Positions 20,477 to 31,511 of a stretch of DNA of 64,000 bases are shown here, in pieces. The position numbers and the translations under genes were made by a program. Source of the stretch: Trebonia sp. (GTDB lineage: Bacteria > Actinomycetota > Actinomycetes > Streptosporangiales > Streptosporangiaceae); assembly GCA_035571275.1 (NCBI GenBank), contig DATMKQ010000298.1, forward strand, positions 1,013 through 65,012. The letters run 5' to 3'. Each line of letters starts with the position of its first letter. Within the stretch, counting starts at the first letter, position 1. Under the pieces are notes generated by a model. That model ran no database searches. It was given only the letters and a program-made list of their open reading frames with translations, and was not told where the DNA came from.

Positions 20477-22788
20477 CCAGGCCGACACGGCCCGGCGAGC
20501 CTCCTTCGCCCGACGATTACTCGCGTGAGCGCCCCGAAGAGGATGGTGTTCCTCCTCCCCCACCCGGCCGCCCCAGGTTCACGCCGCATTCGGACACGCC
20601 GCCGCCAAGGCAGGCCGGTGCGCAGTCGCAGCCGGGGGCACATCCCTACGCTCCGCCCCCGCCCCCCTTGCCCCCGCACCCCTCGCCCCCACTTCCCCCG
20701 CAGACACCTCAGTTCTCAGCTGCGCCTCAGCGACAGCAGGCGCCTCAGCCCACGTTTACTCCGCACAAGGACGAACCTCGGTCCGGGCAGCGGCGGGCGG
20801 GCGATCCCCCGAGCCGACGGCAGGGCGCTCGACACCGCGGCGAGGACAGGCCAGGTCCCTCGTTTACCCCGCGCGAGGGGTACCTGCCGCCACCGGACGC
20901 CACGCTGCGAGCGGCTTATCCGCCGCCGACGGCGATCCTGCCGTCACCGCCCGGGTATCCGCAGCAAAGCTATCCGCAGCCTTATGACTTCCCTGAGGCG
21001 CCACCGCGCGCGGCGCCGCCCAGGCGCAGGGCGCCTGACGGCAGCAGGGCGCCGGGCGGGGACAACCGCACCAGGATCCTCCAGGTTCCCGGCCCGGTCC
21101 CCGACGTCCCGGGCACCGGGCCGCAGGTGGCCATCGACACCCGGCCGAACCTGACTCGCTCCAGCCAGGTGATGGCCCTGGGCACCCTCGCCTCGCGGCT
21201 TACCGGCTTCCTGCGCACGTTCGTGTTCGTCGCCGCGCTCGGCACGGGCACGCTCGCTAACGCGTACAACAACTCCAACAACCTGCCGAACACGGTCTAC
21301 TACCTCATGCTCGGCGGGATCTTCACGAGCGTTGTGGTTCCGCTGCTCGTCAAGGCGGCCAAGGAAAACCCGGACCGGGGCGAGTCGTACGCCGAGCGGA
21401 TCTTCACGCTCGGCGTTGTCGCGCTGCTCAGCGTCACGGTCATCGCAACCGCCCTGGCGGCGCCGCTGGTGGACCTGTACGCGGGAAACATCAACGGGCC
21501 ACCCGGCAGCGCGGGGGCCGCCGAGCACCACCTGATGGTGATCTTCGCGTACTTCTTCATCCCGCAGATCTTCTTTTACGGGATGGACTCGCTGCTCGGC
21601 GCGATCCTGAATACCAAGGGCCGGTTCGGCGCGAACATGTGGACGCCGGTGATCAACAACGTGGTGGTCATCGCCGTCGGCGGGCTCTTCATCGTCACCG
21701 TGGGGCTGCACAAGTCGCCGCAGACCATCTCCCCGGCAGGTGTCAAGCTGCTTGGCATCGGCACCACGCTGGGCATCTTGATCCAGTCGATCGCCCTGTT
21801 CCCCGTGATGCGCCGGGCCGGGTTCAGCATGCGGCTGCGGTGGGACCTGCGTCGTGCGGAGATCTCCGAGATCGGCATGATGGCCGGCTGGATGGTGTTC
21901 TACGTCGCCTCCCAGGCAGCGGGCAACCTGATCGTGCAGCGCGTGGCGAACGCGGCCTCGGCGAATGCGCCAAACCAGGGGTACTCCGCCTATTCCTACG
22001 CGTGGCAGCTGTTCCAGTTGCCGTACGCGGTCGTCGGGATCTCCGTGATCAGCGCGTTGCTGCCGCGGATGAGCAGCCACGCTACCGACCGCCGCTACTC
22101 GCTGGTCCGTGAGGACTTCTCGACCGGTGTCCGGCTGGCGTCGGTCATCGTCGTGCCCGCGGCTGTCTTTCTTGGCGTGCTCGGCGCCCCGCTGTGCGAG
22201 TTCCTCTTTTCTTTCGGAAGCAGCTCAGCTTTGGACGGCCGGTACATCGGCGAGGTGTTCGCTGTGTTCGCGCTTGGGCTCGTCCCGTTCATGCTCACCC
22301 AGCTCCAGTTGCGGGTGTTCTATTCGTTCCACGAGAACCGCACCCCCGCCATCATCGGCATGGTGATGCTCGTGGTCGGCGTGATCGGCGACCTGGTCGC
22401 ACTGAACGTGCTCCCGTCGCGGCAGGTGGTGATCGGGCTGGCGCTGGCCTACGACCTGATGACCCTGGCCGGCGCGGTACTCGCCTGGCCGCTGCTGCTG
22501 CGGCGCATCGGGAGCCTGGATGGCTGGCGCATCACCCGCAACCTGGTCCGCATGGTCCTCGCGACGCTGCCCGGCCTGGTGTTCGCCTTGGTTACGATGG
22601 CTGTCGTCGGCTCCGCGCTACACTCCGGACGGCTGTATGGCCTGGTGAGCACGGTCATCGGCGGCGGCGGCGCGCTGCTGCTCTATGCTTTCTGTGCGAA
22701 GTTGCTAGGAATTGACGAGTTCCGATATCTTGTACGTTCCGTCGCCGGGCGCTTCGGACGGTTATGTAACAAAACAGCGTCAATGTGA
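20473..22788 (+). CDS. murJ: Lipid II flippase MurJ with Pro-rich N-terminal extension
   Basis: GTLASRLTGFLR, NNLPNTVY, PQIFFYG, QLFQLPYAVVG. Confidence 0.93.
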   Translation: MTRPTRPGEPPSPDDYSRERPEEDGVPPPPPGRPRFTPHSDTPPPRQAGAQSQPGAHPYAPPPPPLPPHPSPPLPPQTPQFSAAPQRQQAPQPTFTPHKDEPRSGQRRAGDPPSRRQGARHRGEDRPGPSFTPREGYLPPPDATLRAAYPPPTAILPSPPGYPQQSYPQPYDFPEAPPRAAPPRRRAPDGSRAPGGDNRTRILQVPGPVPDVPGTGPQVAIDTRPNLTRSSQVMALGTLASRLTGFLRTFVFVAALGTGTLANAYNNSNNLPNTVYYLMLGGIFTSVVVPLLVKAAKENPDRGESYAERIFTLGVVALLSVTVIATALAAPLVDLYAGNINGPPGSAGAAEHHLMVIFAYFFIPQIFFYGMDSLLGAILNTKGRFGANMWTPVINNVVVIAVGGLFIVTVGLHKSPQTISPAGVKLLGIGTTLGILIQSIALFPVMRRAGFSMRLRWDLRRAEISEIGMMAGWMVFYVASQAAGNLIVQRVANAASANAPNQGYSAYSYAWQLFQLPYAVVGISVISALLPRMSSHATDRRYSLVREDFSTGVRLASVIVVPAAVFLGVLGAPLCEFLFSFGSSSALDGRYIGEVFAVFALGLVPFMLTQLQLRVFYSFHENRTPAIIGMVMLVVGVIGDLVALNVLPSRQVVIGLALAYDLMTLAGAVLAWPLLLRRIGSLDGWRITRNLVRMVLATLPGLVFALVTMAVVGSALHSGRLYGLVSTVIGGGGALLLYAFCAKLLGIDEFRYLVRSVAGRFGRLCNKTASM

Positions 22789-23066
22789 TTGCAGTGCGAT
22801 CGGCAGGGGATGACGGGCGGATGACCGGTTCTGGAACAACCGCGACACGCGAGCGAACTCACGTGCGTACTCGCCGTTCGGGTGTGAGACATTGAAGTGT
22901 TCGCGTATAACGGGGAGGCGACCCGACCCGAAGCGGTGGCAGGTTGCCTAATCCGGGCTGAGGCCGGACATTAGCATTGAGAGATATCCGCGGCGGGACC
23001 CGCAAGGTCATCGTGGACACCGGGGCTGGAAGGAGGCCGAGAGCGGCCCACTCTTGGCGCTGACGT

Positions 23067-24692
23067 ATGAGCACGTACACTTCTGAACCCGGAACCCGGC
23101 TCGCCGGGCGATACCGGCTTGTGGACCAGGTCGCTGCCGGCGGCGGCTGGACCATGTGGAAGGCCATGGACGAGACGCTCGCCCGTCCGGTCTCCGTGCT
23201 GACGTTCGCGCCAGGCTTCCCGCGAATCGGTCAAGTCGTGACCGCCGCCCGGGCCGCCAGTCGGCTCACCGACTCCAGGCTCGCGCAGGTGTTCGACGTC
23301 GAGGACGGCGGCGAGCAGGCGTACGTGGTGCTCGAGTGGGTGGGCGGCGAGACGCTTGCCGATCTGGTCGGCGACGGCCCCCTCGACCAGGCCCGGGCGT
23401 GTGCCCTCGTGGCCGAAGCAGCCCGGGCGCTGGCCGGAGCGCACGCCGCTGGGCAGGCGCACCTGCGGCTCACGCCTGAGTCGGTGCGCTGGACGCACAG
23501 CAGCGGCGTGAAGATCACTGGCCTCGGCATCGACGCCGCGCTGGCCGGAGCGAGCCTGACCGGGTCGGCCGCGAGCGACCCCGCGATCACCGACACTCGT
23601 GACCTAGCCGCGCTCCTGTACGCGGCGCTGACCGGCTACTGGCCCGGTGAGTCGCAAACCGGGCTGCCGCAGGCGCCGGTATCGGACGGCGTCGCCTGTA
23701 CACCGCGGCAGGTCACCGCGGACGTGTCGCCCGCCGTCGATGGCGTAGTGAGCCGGGCGCTGCTGCAGCGGACGGGCAGGCACGGACCGCCGATCGAGTC
23801 TCCCGCTGAGTTCGCCGACGCTCTCGCCAGCGTGGCGCCGCCCGTGCCGCTGCCTGACCCGGCGCCCGCCATGCCGAGCGGTACCCTCGAGCAGCGGTAC
23901 GACCGCACCCGCGACGACGGCTACGGCGGCTATCCGCCGAACCCCAACGATCCTGGCACCTGGGCGCTCCCCGATCGAGGCCGGGGCGGCGGCGGCTCCT
24001 ACCAGCGCGGCTATCAAACGCAGGAACGCAGCGCCGCGAGCCGCGCGGTGATCAGCGTGGTGATCGTGCTCGTGCTCGCCGCGGTGGCCGCGACCGCCTG
24101 GGTCATCAGCACCAGCTTGCACAAATCCACCAGCAGCAACGGCAACCAGGCGACCAAGACGCCGCGGACGAGCGCGAGCTCCCCCGCTGCTGCCGGGTCG
24201 ACGGTGCTCAAGCCGGTTGGCGACAGCACTTTCAACATTCTCGGCTCGCCACCCGGCAACACCGAGGACCCCGAGTCGGCAGGGCTGGCGATCGACAACA
24301 GCCTCAGCACCGCCTGGGCTACCTCCTACTACTTCCAGGCCAATTTCGGCGGCCTGAAGTCAGGCACCGGGCTCCTCATCGACATGGGCCGCGAGGTCAG
24401 GCTGAACCAGGTGACCGTGCTGTTCGGCTCGCAGTGCTGCACCACCGCGCAGATCTATCTCGGCAACTCCAACGCAATGACCCGGACCGCCCTGAGCAAC
24501 TTCACCAAGGTGGCGCCGGCAGCGACGTCGACCGGACAACACGTCTACACGATCAACTCCTCGGCTCCTGGTCGCTACGTTCTGATCTGGCTGACCGGAA
24601 ACCTGCCGCCCATGCAAGGGCAGTCGGGCAAGTACCAGGCACTGATCTACAACGTCGTTATCCGCGGGAACGCCGTCTCCGGCGCGGCGTGA
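23067..24692 (+). CDS. Ser/Thr kinase-like (pseudokinase) membrane protein with extracellular domain
   Basis: LAGRYRL, W.A.D..LAR.V, but no catalytic HRD/DFG; TM segment and C-terminal GLKSGTGL domain; matches the MviN accessory domain encoded separately. Confidence 0.8.
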   Translation: MSTYTSEPGTRLAGRYRLVDQVAAGGGWTMWKAMDETLARPVSVLTFAPGFPRIGQVVTAARAASRLTDSRLAQVFDVEDGGEQAYVVLEWVGGETLADLVGDGPLDQARACALVAEAARALAGAHAAGQAHLRLTPESVRWTHSSGVKITGLGIDAALAGASLTGSAASDPAITDTRDLAALLYAALTGYWPGESQTGLPQAPVSDGVACTPRQVTADVSPAVDGVVSRALLQRTGRHGPPIESPAEFADALASVAPPVPLPDPAPAMPSGTLEQRYDRTRDDGYGGYPPNPNDPGTWALPDRGRGGGGSYQRGYQTQERSAASRAVISVVIVLVLAAVAATAWVISTSLHKSTSSNGNQATKTPRTSASSPAAAGSTVLKPVGDSTFNILGSPPGNTEDPESAGLAIDNSLSTAWATSYYFQANFGGLKSGTGLLIDMGREVRLNQVTVLFGSQCCTTAQIYLGNSNAMTRTALSNFTKVAPAATSTGQHVYTINSSAPGRYVLIWLTGNLPPMQGQSGKYQALIYNVVIRGNAVSGAA

Positions 24693-24707
24693 CGGCGGGT
24701 CACGCCG

Positions 24708-25400
24708 ATGGCCGGGGGCGAGCCCTCTGACGCCGAGTTGCTCCAGCGCCATGTGGCCGGAGACCCCGAGGCGTTCGGGATGCTCTTCGCACGGCACAAG
24801 GACCGGCTGTGGGCAGTTGCGCTGCGCACCGTGTGCGATCCGGAGGACGCGGCCGACGCGCTGCAGGAAGCCATGATCTCGGCCTTCCGGCGGGCCGCGG
24901 ACTTCCGCGGCGACTCCGCCGTGACAACGTGGCTGCACCGCATTGTCGTAAACGCCTCCCTCGACCGGCTGCGCCGCAGGCAGACACGCAGTGTCAGCTG
25001 GTCGGGTGACCCGGAGGCGCTCGACGCGCTCGCCGCCCAGGCCGCCCGCGGCGGGGCGGCTCCGGGCGGCTCACCGTCCAGCGGAATAGCCGCCCAGGCG
25101 CCGGGCACCGCCTCCCTCGACTCCGCGGAGGCCGTCGAGACCAGGCTGGACGTCGACGCCGCGCTACGCACGCTGCCCGCCGAACAGCGCGCGGCGCTTG
25201 TCCTCGTCGACATGCTCGGCTATTCGGTCGCCGACGCGGCCGAGATCCTCAGCGTTTCCCCTGGCACGGTGAAGAGCCGGTGCGCGCGCGGCAGGTCGCG
25301 ACTGCTCCCATATCTTTCGCATCTGCGCACTAATTCCGCCCGCGGAGGGAACCGGCCAGGTGCCGCCAGCGTCTCATCTGAGCAGGAAGGAGGCGTATGA
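24708..25400 (+). CDS. sigM: ECF sigma factor, SigM-like
   Basis: SDAELL..H..GD..AF, DAADALQEA, FRGDSAVTTWLHRIVVNA, GTVKSRCARGR. Confidence 0.88.
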   Translation: MAGGEPSDAELLQRHVAGDPEAFGMLFARHKDRLWAVALRTVCDPEDAADALQEAMISAFRRAADFRGDSAVTTWLHRIVVNASLDRLRRRQTRSVSWSGDPEALDALAAQAARGGAAPGGSPSSGIAAQAPGTASLDSAEAVETRLDVDAALRTLPAEQRAALVLVDMLGYSVADAAEILSVSPGTVKSRCARGRSRLLPYLSHLRTNSARGGNRPGAASVSSEQEGGV

Positions 25401-26344
25401 GCGGGCAACGGCACCCCGATACGGAGACACTCGCGAGCTTGCGGGCCGGGCTTGTCGGTGGTCTGCACGGCAGGCGACTCGCGGCGCATGTCGCCCGCTG
25501 TGCGCGCTGTGCCGCGACGGGCGACGAGCTCGCCGCGGTCAGCTCCCTCCTGGCTGCCACGCCCACCCCTCCGCTGCCAGCGAGCTTCGAACAGCGAATA
25601 AGCGCCGCGCTTGCCGCCGAGCGTGCACTTACGGCTGGCTCGAGCGAAGAGACGGCTACAGGTCCGGCCGCACCGGGTCAAGCCGGTGCCGATCCGGGCA
25701 TCGCAGGGGAACACGCCGGAGCGCGGGTCCCGGCAGGGCGGCCGAAGGCTGCTCCGTCCCGGCGCCGTGGACCCGCGCTCCGGTTGCGGCCCGCCATGGC
25801 GTTCGTCCCGCTGGTCCTCGTCGTGCTGGCAGGCTTCGGCTACCTGCTGAGCACGATAGGCGGGCCGGGCACCAGCTCCTCGAGCTCGCAGGCCTTCTCG
25901 ACGGCCTCGCCAGGAGCGGCTACCGCGGCGGGGCAGGCGGCGCCTAATCGCCCGGCAACGTTCGTGGTCACCGCAAGCGGCCTGAACTATCTGCCGAGCA
26001 CGCTCGGCTCCCAGGTCAGGCTGGTGATGGCCGCCCAATACAGCAGCAGCTCTGGCCAGCAGTCAATGGCCCCTTCCGCGAGCGGCAGCGCGTCGCAACA
26101 CTCATTTGCCGCGGGGTCGGTGACGACGATCCCGTCCGCATTCGGCGCCCCCAACTCGGCGCTCAACGGCTGCGTGCTGCGCGTGACCGGAGGCGTGCAG
26201 CCCAGCCTCGTGGACAAGGCCACCTACCAGGGCCAGCCCGCCTACGTAATCGCCGTGCCCGCCCGGGCCTGGGTGGTCGAGCGAGGCTGCACCGCGAGTC
26301 ACCCGGCGATTATCACGACAGTGACGCTGACCGCGACGCGATAG
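25397..26344 (+). CDS. Zinc-binding anti-sigma factor
   Basis: HVARCARC (HxxxCxxC), central TM; coupled to the sigma gene. Confidence 0.8.
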   Translation: MSGQRHPDTETLASLRAGLVGGLHGRRLAAHVARCARCAATGDELAAVSSLLAATPTPPLPASFEQRISAALAAERALTAGSSEETATGPAAPGQAGADPGIAGEHAGARVPAGRPKAAPSRRRGPALRLRPAMAFVPLVLVVLAGFGYLLSTIGGPGTSSSSSQAFSTASPGAATAAGQAAPNRPATFVVTASGLNYLPSTLGSQVRLVMAAQYSSSSGQQSMAPSASGSASQHSFAAGSVTTIPSAFGAPNSALNGCVLRVTGGVQPSLVDKATYQGQPAYVIAVPARAWVVERGCTASHPAIITTVTLTATR

Positions 26345-26356
26345 CGTGCCTCTTCG

Positions 26357-26382
26357 GGAATCTCCGCGCCCTAGTATCGGTT
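26357..26382 (+). promoter_or_regulatory. SigR/SigH-type promoter of trxBA
   Basis: Exact GGAAT-N18-GTT. Confidence 0.8.
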
Positions 26383-26412
26383 GAGCGGGTTGCAAGTCTT
26401 GAGAGAGGCGCT

Positions 26413-27351
26413 TTGACAGTGACCGACGTACGTGACGTCATCATCATTGGTTCTGGTCCGGCGGGGTACACGGCTGCGATCTACGCGGCCAGGGCGAAGC
26501 TGAACCCACTCGTTTTTGAGGGATCAGTGACCGCCGGCGGCGCGCTGATGCAGACCACCGACGTGGAGAACTACCCAGGCTTCCCCGACGGCATTATCGG
26601 GCCGGAGCTCATGGACGGGTTCCGCAAGCAGGCGGAACGGTTCGGTGCTGAACTGGTGTCCGATGACGTGGTGGCGGTCGATCTCACCGCGGTGCCGAAG
26701 GTGGTGCGGACCGAAACGGACACGTACCTGGCGCAGGCAGTGATCATCGCCAGCGGTTCGAAGTACAAGGAACTCGGCGTCCCCGGCGAGAAGGAGTACG
26801 CCGGGCATGGCGTGTCCTGGTGTGCCACCTGCGACGGGTTCTTCTTCAGGGAGAAGGACATCGCGGTGATTGGCGGCGGTGACTCCGCGCTCGAAGAGGC
26901 GACGTTCCTCACCCGGTTCGCCAACTCGGTCACCCTTGTGCACCGTCGCGACCAACTGCGGGCCTCCAAGATCATGCAGGACCGGGCGATGTCCAACCCG
27001 AAGATCAAGTTCCTCTGGGACAGCGAAGTCGCCGAGATGCTCGGCGACAAGAAGCTGACCGGGCTGCGGATCAAGAACGTACGGACCGGCGATGAGCAGG
27101 TGCTGCCGGTGACCGGCGTGTTCGTCGCGATCGGGCACTCGCCGCGCAGCGAGCTATTCGACGGCCAGCTCGCCATCGACCCCGACGGCTACCTGCTGGT
27201 GGACCAGCCGTTCACGGCGACCGCGATCGACGGCGTTTTCGCCTGCGGTGACGTCGTGGACAGGACCTACCGGCAGGCCGTTACCGCGGCCGGCACCGGC
27301 TGCTCGGCGGCGATCGACGCCGAGCGGTGGCTGGCGGCGCACGAGTCTTAA
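26413..27351 (+). CDS. trxB: Thioredoxin reductase
   Basis: [35 protein letters not shown]. Confidence 0.97.
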   Translation: MTVTDVRDVIIIGSGPAGYTAAIYAARAKLNPLVFEGSVTAGGALMQTTDVENYPGFPDGIIGPELMDGFRKQAERFGAELVSDDVVAVDLTAVPKVVRTETDTYLAQAVIIASGSKYKELGVPGEKEYAGHGVSWCATCDGFFFREKDIAVIGGGDSALEEATFLTRFANSVTLVHRRDQLRASKIMQDRAMSNPKIKFLWDSEVAEMLGDKKLTGLRIKNVRTGDEQVLPVTGVFVAIGHSPRSELFDGQLAIDPDGYLLVDQPFTATAIDGVFACGDVVDRTYRQAVTAAGTGCSAAIDAERWLAAHES

Positions 27352-27406
27352 GCCAGCACGTGGCATGAGGGCATAGCGACAAAACAACACGGAAGGTGTG
27401 ATCAGG

Positions 27407-27730
27407 ATGGGTGCGACCAAGGTCGTGACCGACGCGACGTTTGACACGGAGGTCTTGCAGAGCAGCAAGCCTGTGATCGTGGACTACTGGGCCGAATGGT
27501 GCGGACCCTGCCGGATGGTCGCCCCAGTTCTCGAAGAGATCGCCGGCGAGTACGCCGACAAGATCGAGGTAGTCAAGCTGAACATCGACCAGAACCCTAA
27601 GGTCGCTCAGCGCTACCAGATCATGGCCATCCCGACCATGAGCGTCTTCCAGAACGGCGAAGTCGTCAAGCAGATAGTGGGCGCCAAGCCCAAGGCAGCC
27701 CTGCTCAAGGAACTCGCCGAGTTCATCTAA
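27407..27730 (+). CDS. trxA: Thioredoxin
   Basis: WCGPC active site. Confidence 0.97.
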   Translation: MGATKVVTDATFDTEVLQSSKPVIVDYWAEWCGPCRMVAPVLEEIAGEYADKIEVVKLNIDQNPKVAQRYQIMAIPTMSVFQNGEVVKQIVGAKPKAALLKELAEFI

Positions 27731-27746
27731 CCCCCAGCGCCAAGCA

Positions 27747-27791
27747 GAAGCGGCGGGCCGAGCAACTTGCTCCGCCCGCCGCTTCCGTTTT
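27747..27791 (+). terminator. Intrinsic terminator after trxA
   Basis: GAAGCGGCGGGC...GCCCGCCGCTTC stem then CGTTTT. Confidence 0.7.
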
Positions 27792-27845
27792 GGCGGCGTC
27801 CCACCCGGGCGGCCGTCAGCCTCCGCGGCAACCCGCCCCGCGCCG

Positions 27846-27973
27846 CGCGCACCCGCGGCGCCCCACACGGCACGGCGCGCAGCACCCGCGGCGCCCCATC
27901 CGCACCGCGCGCACCCGCGGCTCCCCGCATGGCACGGCGCGCACCCGCGGCTCCCCGCATGGCACGGCGCGCA
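27846..27973. repeat. Tandem repeat, 4 units of about 30 bp
   Basis: Unit CGCGCACCCGCGGCTCCCCGCATGGCACGG; last two copies identical. Confidence 0.8.
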
Positions 27974-28437
27974 GCGCGTCCCCCGACGGGAGTAACCCGC
28001 GAGGCGGCCGCGCCTAGGGAGCAGGAATGCGGCTGCCGGTGACGGGGGCGGGCGCGACCGAGGCCCGCACCCCGTCGCCGCGGGGTCCTGGCAGTCACAT
28101 CAGCCTCTAGTTTTGACTTCGCACACCGAGTGACCATTTCGACGGTGCATATATACTGATATTTCCGATATGTTCTGGTCACAAGGTGAGCTAAGTGGGC
28201 GCGGCGCGCGGCGCGGCGCGGCATGCGGCGCAAGTCCTAGGCGCGACGTCAACCGATTCTGAAACAACCCGTATCGCCGCTGGGGACACACATAAAGCGA
28301 AACTATTTCCCGGGGGTGACGCGGGATACGGTGCGCGGCCTATGAACGCGGCAAGCTGGTCGGCCGGGTTCGCGGCCCGGCGGGGTCGGCTGCTGTTCGG
28401 TCCGGACCCGCGCCAGCGGAGGTAAACGGTTTGGACT

Positions 28438-28483
28438 AACGTGGATCGCTTTCCATGGCGGGTCATGGAAAGTGATCCACGTT
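28438..28483. terminator. 20-bp-arm inverted repeat downstream of the GNAT gene (terminator or REP-like)
   Basis: AACGTGGATCGCTTTCCATG-GCGGGT-CATGGAAAGTGATCCACGTT. Confidence 0.6.
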
Positions 28484-28512
28484 CATGGAATTAGGTCGGC
28501 GGACCCGTCCGA

Positions 28513-29142
28513 TCAGGCGCCGCTTACTACCGCTGGACGCAGGACGCGCTCTGGTGTCATCGAGCCCAGCAGTCGCTCTAGGGCAACCTCGACGTCCTCA
28601 CGCCATGTCAGTGCGGTCCGCAGTTCCATCCGGAGCCTCGGGTGCCGGTGATGCGGCCGGACGGTCTTGAAGCCGACCGCGAGCAGGTAGTCGACCGGCA
28701 GCATACAGGCTGGGGCGGTCCACTGCTTGTCGCCGAACGCCTCGATCGCCCTGACCCCGCGGCGCGACAGATCTTTGGCCATGCCCTGGATAAGCATCCG
28801 GCCCAGTCCGCCCCCGGTGAATTCGCTGAGCACTCGCGCCGTCATAAGCAGCACCGCGTCCGCGCTGACCGGGCTGGTGGGAAATGCGACGGATCGAGGC
28901 ACATAGAGCGGCGGTGCGAAGAGCACATAAGCGGCGGGCACGCCGTCGACATAAAGGATCTTTCCGCAGCTTCCCCACTCAAGCAGTACCGAAGAGATCC
29001 AGGACTCCTTTTCCAGCCCCGGATCCGATGCCTCGGCGCGTGCTTTGCTCACGGGGTCAAGCTCCCAGAAAACGCACGAACGGCAGCTTGGCGGAAGGTC
29101 ACTCAGATTATCAAGAGTGATGTTGGCAAGACGGCGTGACAT
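28513..29142 (-). CDS. GNAT family N-acetyltransferase
   Basis: CRSCVFWE, LEWGSCG, FPTSPVSADA, GGGLGR.L, RGVRAIEAFG; conserved near parB. Confidence 0.9.
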   Translation of the reverse strand: MSRRLANITLDNLSDLPPSCRSCVFWELDPVSKARAEASDPGLEKESWISSVLLEWGSCGKILYVDGVPAAYVLFAPPLYVPRSVAFPTSPVSADAVLLMTARVLSEFTGGGLGRMLIQGMAKDLSRRGVRAIEAFGDKQWTAPACMLPVDYLLAVGFKTVRPHHRHPRLRMELRTALTWREDVEVALERLLGSMTPERVLRPAVVSGA

Positions 29143-29233
29143 CGGCGTTCCGTTCCCCGATCAAGATCTGCGCTGCGTGCCCCGCGCTGTACCCCTATTC
29201 TGGCATGGTACCTCGCCGATGGGAGGCAAAGCG

Positions 29234-30523
29234 GTGGCCCCTGATCTACCTCAGTCCCCGAATTCTGGCGCCGGATCGCGAATTGACCCGTATATAGGAC
29301 ATTATGCCGGACGGGCTCGCGGGATGGTCGCTTCGGAAATTCGCGCGCTGTTCGCGGTGGCCGCGAGGCCAGAGATCGTGTCGCTGGCCGGCGGCTCCCC
29401 GTTCGTGTCGGCGCTGCCACTGGGTGCCGTAGGCGACATGGTCGGCGGGCTCATAGCAAGCCGGGGACAGGACGTCCTCCAGTACTGCACCGCCCAAGGC
29501 GACCCGGTGCTGCGCGAGCAGATCTGCGAAGTGATGTCGCTCGAAGGTGTCGCGGCGCACCCGGATGAGGTCGTGGTCACGGTCGGCTCGCAGCAGGCCC
29601 TTGACTTGATCACGAGGGTCTTCGTTGACCCCGGCGACGTGATCTTGGCCGAGGCCCCGACCTATGTGGGTGCCCTCGGTGCCTTCGCCGCCTATCAGGC
29701 AGACGTCGTCCACGTGACCATGGATGAGTCGGGGATCATTCCCGAGGCGCTGGTGGCAGCTATCAGCCGGGTATCGGCGCAGGGTCGCAGGATCAAGTTC
29801 CTGTATACGGTTCCCAGCTTCCACAACCCGGCAGGCGTCACCATGGCCGCCACCCGCCGCGTGGAGGTGCTGCGCATCTGCGAACAGGCCGGGATCCTAG
29901 TCGTGGAAGACAACCCGTACGGGCTGCTCGGGTTCGAGGGCGACCCGGTGCGACCGCTGCGCGCGCATGCCAGGGATGGCGTGGTCTACCTTGGCAGCTT
30001 CTCCAAGACGATCGCGGCTGGCCTGCGGGTGGGCTGGGCGGTCGCCCCGCCGGGGATCCGGGACAAGCTCGTGCTCGCCGCGGAGTCGGCGGTGCTCTGT
30101 CCGGCGAGCTTCGCTCAGCTCACAGTCAGGGAGTACCTGGCCACTCAGCCGTGGCGGGAGCAGATTAAGGCATTCCGCGAGCTTTATCGCGAGCGCAGGG
30201 ACGCGATGCTTAACGCGCTCGCCGCGACGATGCCGCCGGGATGTGGATGGACCAAACCGGGCGGCGGCTTTTTCGTATGGCTGCGGATGCCGGAGGGGAT
30301 CGACTCCAAAGCGATGCTGCCGCGAGCCGTGTCCTCCCGCGTCGCTTACGTCCCGGGGACCGGGTTTTACGCCGACGGATCGGGGTCGGCGTACGCCCGG
30401 CTGAGCTACTCGCTACCCGATCCGGCCCAGATCACCGAGGGCGTGCGGCGGCTAGCCGGCGTGATCGGCGTGGAACTCACGCTCCGGGCAGAGTTCGGGC
30501 CGGTACTGCGCCGCGATGGGTGA
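29234..30523 (+). CDS. PLP-dependent aminotransferase class I/II (LysN/MocR-like)
   Basis: ASEIRALF, SLAGGSP, FHNPAG, EDNPY, GSFSKT..GLRVGW; GGGAGG RBS. Confidence 0.92.
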   Translation: MAPDLPQSPNSGAGSRIDPYIGHYAGRARGMVASEIRALFAVAARPEIVSLAGGSPFVSALPLGAVGDMVGGLIASRGQDVLQYCTAQGDPVLREQICEVMSLEGVAAHPDEVVVTVGSQQALDLITRVFVDPGDVILAEAPTYVGALGAFAAYQADVVHVTMDESGIIPEALVAAISRVSAQGRRIKFLYTVPSFHNPAGVTMAATRRVEVLRICEQAGILVVEDNPYGLLGFEGDPVRPLRAHARDGVVYLGSFSKTIAAGLRVGWAVAPPGIRDKLVLAAESAVLCPASFAQLTVREYLATQPWREQIKAFRELYRERRDAMLNALAATMPPGCGWTKPGGGFFVWLRMPEGIDSKAMLPRAVSSRVAYVPGTGFYADGSGSAYARLSYSLPDPAQITEGVRRLAGVIGVELTLRAEFGPVLRRDG

Positions 30524-31481
30524 ACTCGACTACGTCGTCGTGCTGGCGGGCGGCCTGTCCCCGGAGCGTGAGATCTCGCTCCGGTCCGGCGAGCAGGTGC
30601 GCGACGCGCTGTCCGAGGCCGGCGTGCAAGCGATCCTCGCGGACGCCGACGCCGGACTGCTGGATCGGCTGCGCTCCGATCCGCCGACCGCTGTCTTCCC
30701 GGTGATCCACGGTGCCCCCGGAGAAGATGGTTCCATCAGGGAGGTCCTGGGGCTGCTCGGCGTTCCTTACGTCGGCTCACTGCCAACCGCCTGCCGGATG
30801 GCCTTCGACAAGCCGACCGCCAAGGTTCTCGCCGCCGCGGCGGGCTTGCGCACCCCGGCGTCGGTGACGCTGCCGCGCGAGACGTTTCACGACCTTGGCG
30901 CTGCTGCCCTCATCGAGCTGATCATCGACCAGCTCGGCGTACCGCTGTTCGTCAAGCCTTCCCGCGGCGGGTCCGCACTCGGTGCCTCGGCCGCGCACAC
31001 CGCGGCGGACCTAGCAGCCGCCATCGTCGGCTGCTTCGGATACGGGGACACGGCGCTGGTGGAGCGCCTCGTGTCGGGAACCGAGGTAGCGGTCGGGGTC
31101 GTCGACCTTGGGGACGGGCCCCAGGCGCTGCCGCCGGTTGAGATCCTGGCACCGGGCGGAACCTATGACTACGCCGCTCGATACACGGCGGGCCAGACGG
31201 AGTTTTACACACCGGCCAGGTTGCCTGTGGAGACGGCGGCCGAGGCCGCCCGCGTGGCGGTCGCCGTGCACACGGCGCTCGGCCTGCGCGACATCTCCCG
31301 CACCGACCTGATCGTGGATGCCACGGGTGCGGTGCACTTCCTGGAGGTCAACGTGGCACCGGGCATGACGAGCACGAGCACACTCCCGATGGCCATGCGA
31401 GCGGCGGACATCGACCTTGGGGCCTGCTGCGCTACCTTGCTCGACCGCGCCGCGAACCGCACCGATCCGCCGCGCCGCTGA
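30516..31481 (+). CDS. ddl: D-alanine--D-alanine ligase family protein
   Basis: LAGGLSPEREISLRSG, HGAPGEDG, YDYAARY, LEVNVAPGMT. Confidence 0.88.
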   Translation: MGELDYVVVLAGGLSPEREISLRSGEQVRDALSEAGVQAILADADAGLLDRLRSDPPTAVFPVIHGAPGEDGSIREVLGLLGVPYVGSLPTACRMAFDKPTAKVLAAAAGLRTPASVTLPRETFHDLGAAALIELIIDQLGVPLFVKPSRGGSALGASAAHTAADLAAAIVGCFGYGDTALVERLVSGTEVAVGVVDLGDGPQALPPVEILAPGGTYDYAARYTAGQTEFYTPARLPVETAAEAARVAVAVHTALGLRDISRTDLIVDATGAVHFLEVNVAPGMTSTSTLPMAMRAADIDLGACCATLLDRAANRTDPPRR

Positions 31482-31511
31482 GAGGCCGGCGACTGAAATA
31501 GGCTCGCTGCC

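Noticed and set aside
23067-24692. Active Ser/Thr kinase
   Set aside because: Lacks the catalytic Lys, HRD and DFG motifs; it is the known pseudokinase partner of MurJ
27846-27973. 30-bp repeats as a CRISPR array
   Set aside because: Units are contiguous with no unique spacers and no cas genes; it is a VNTR
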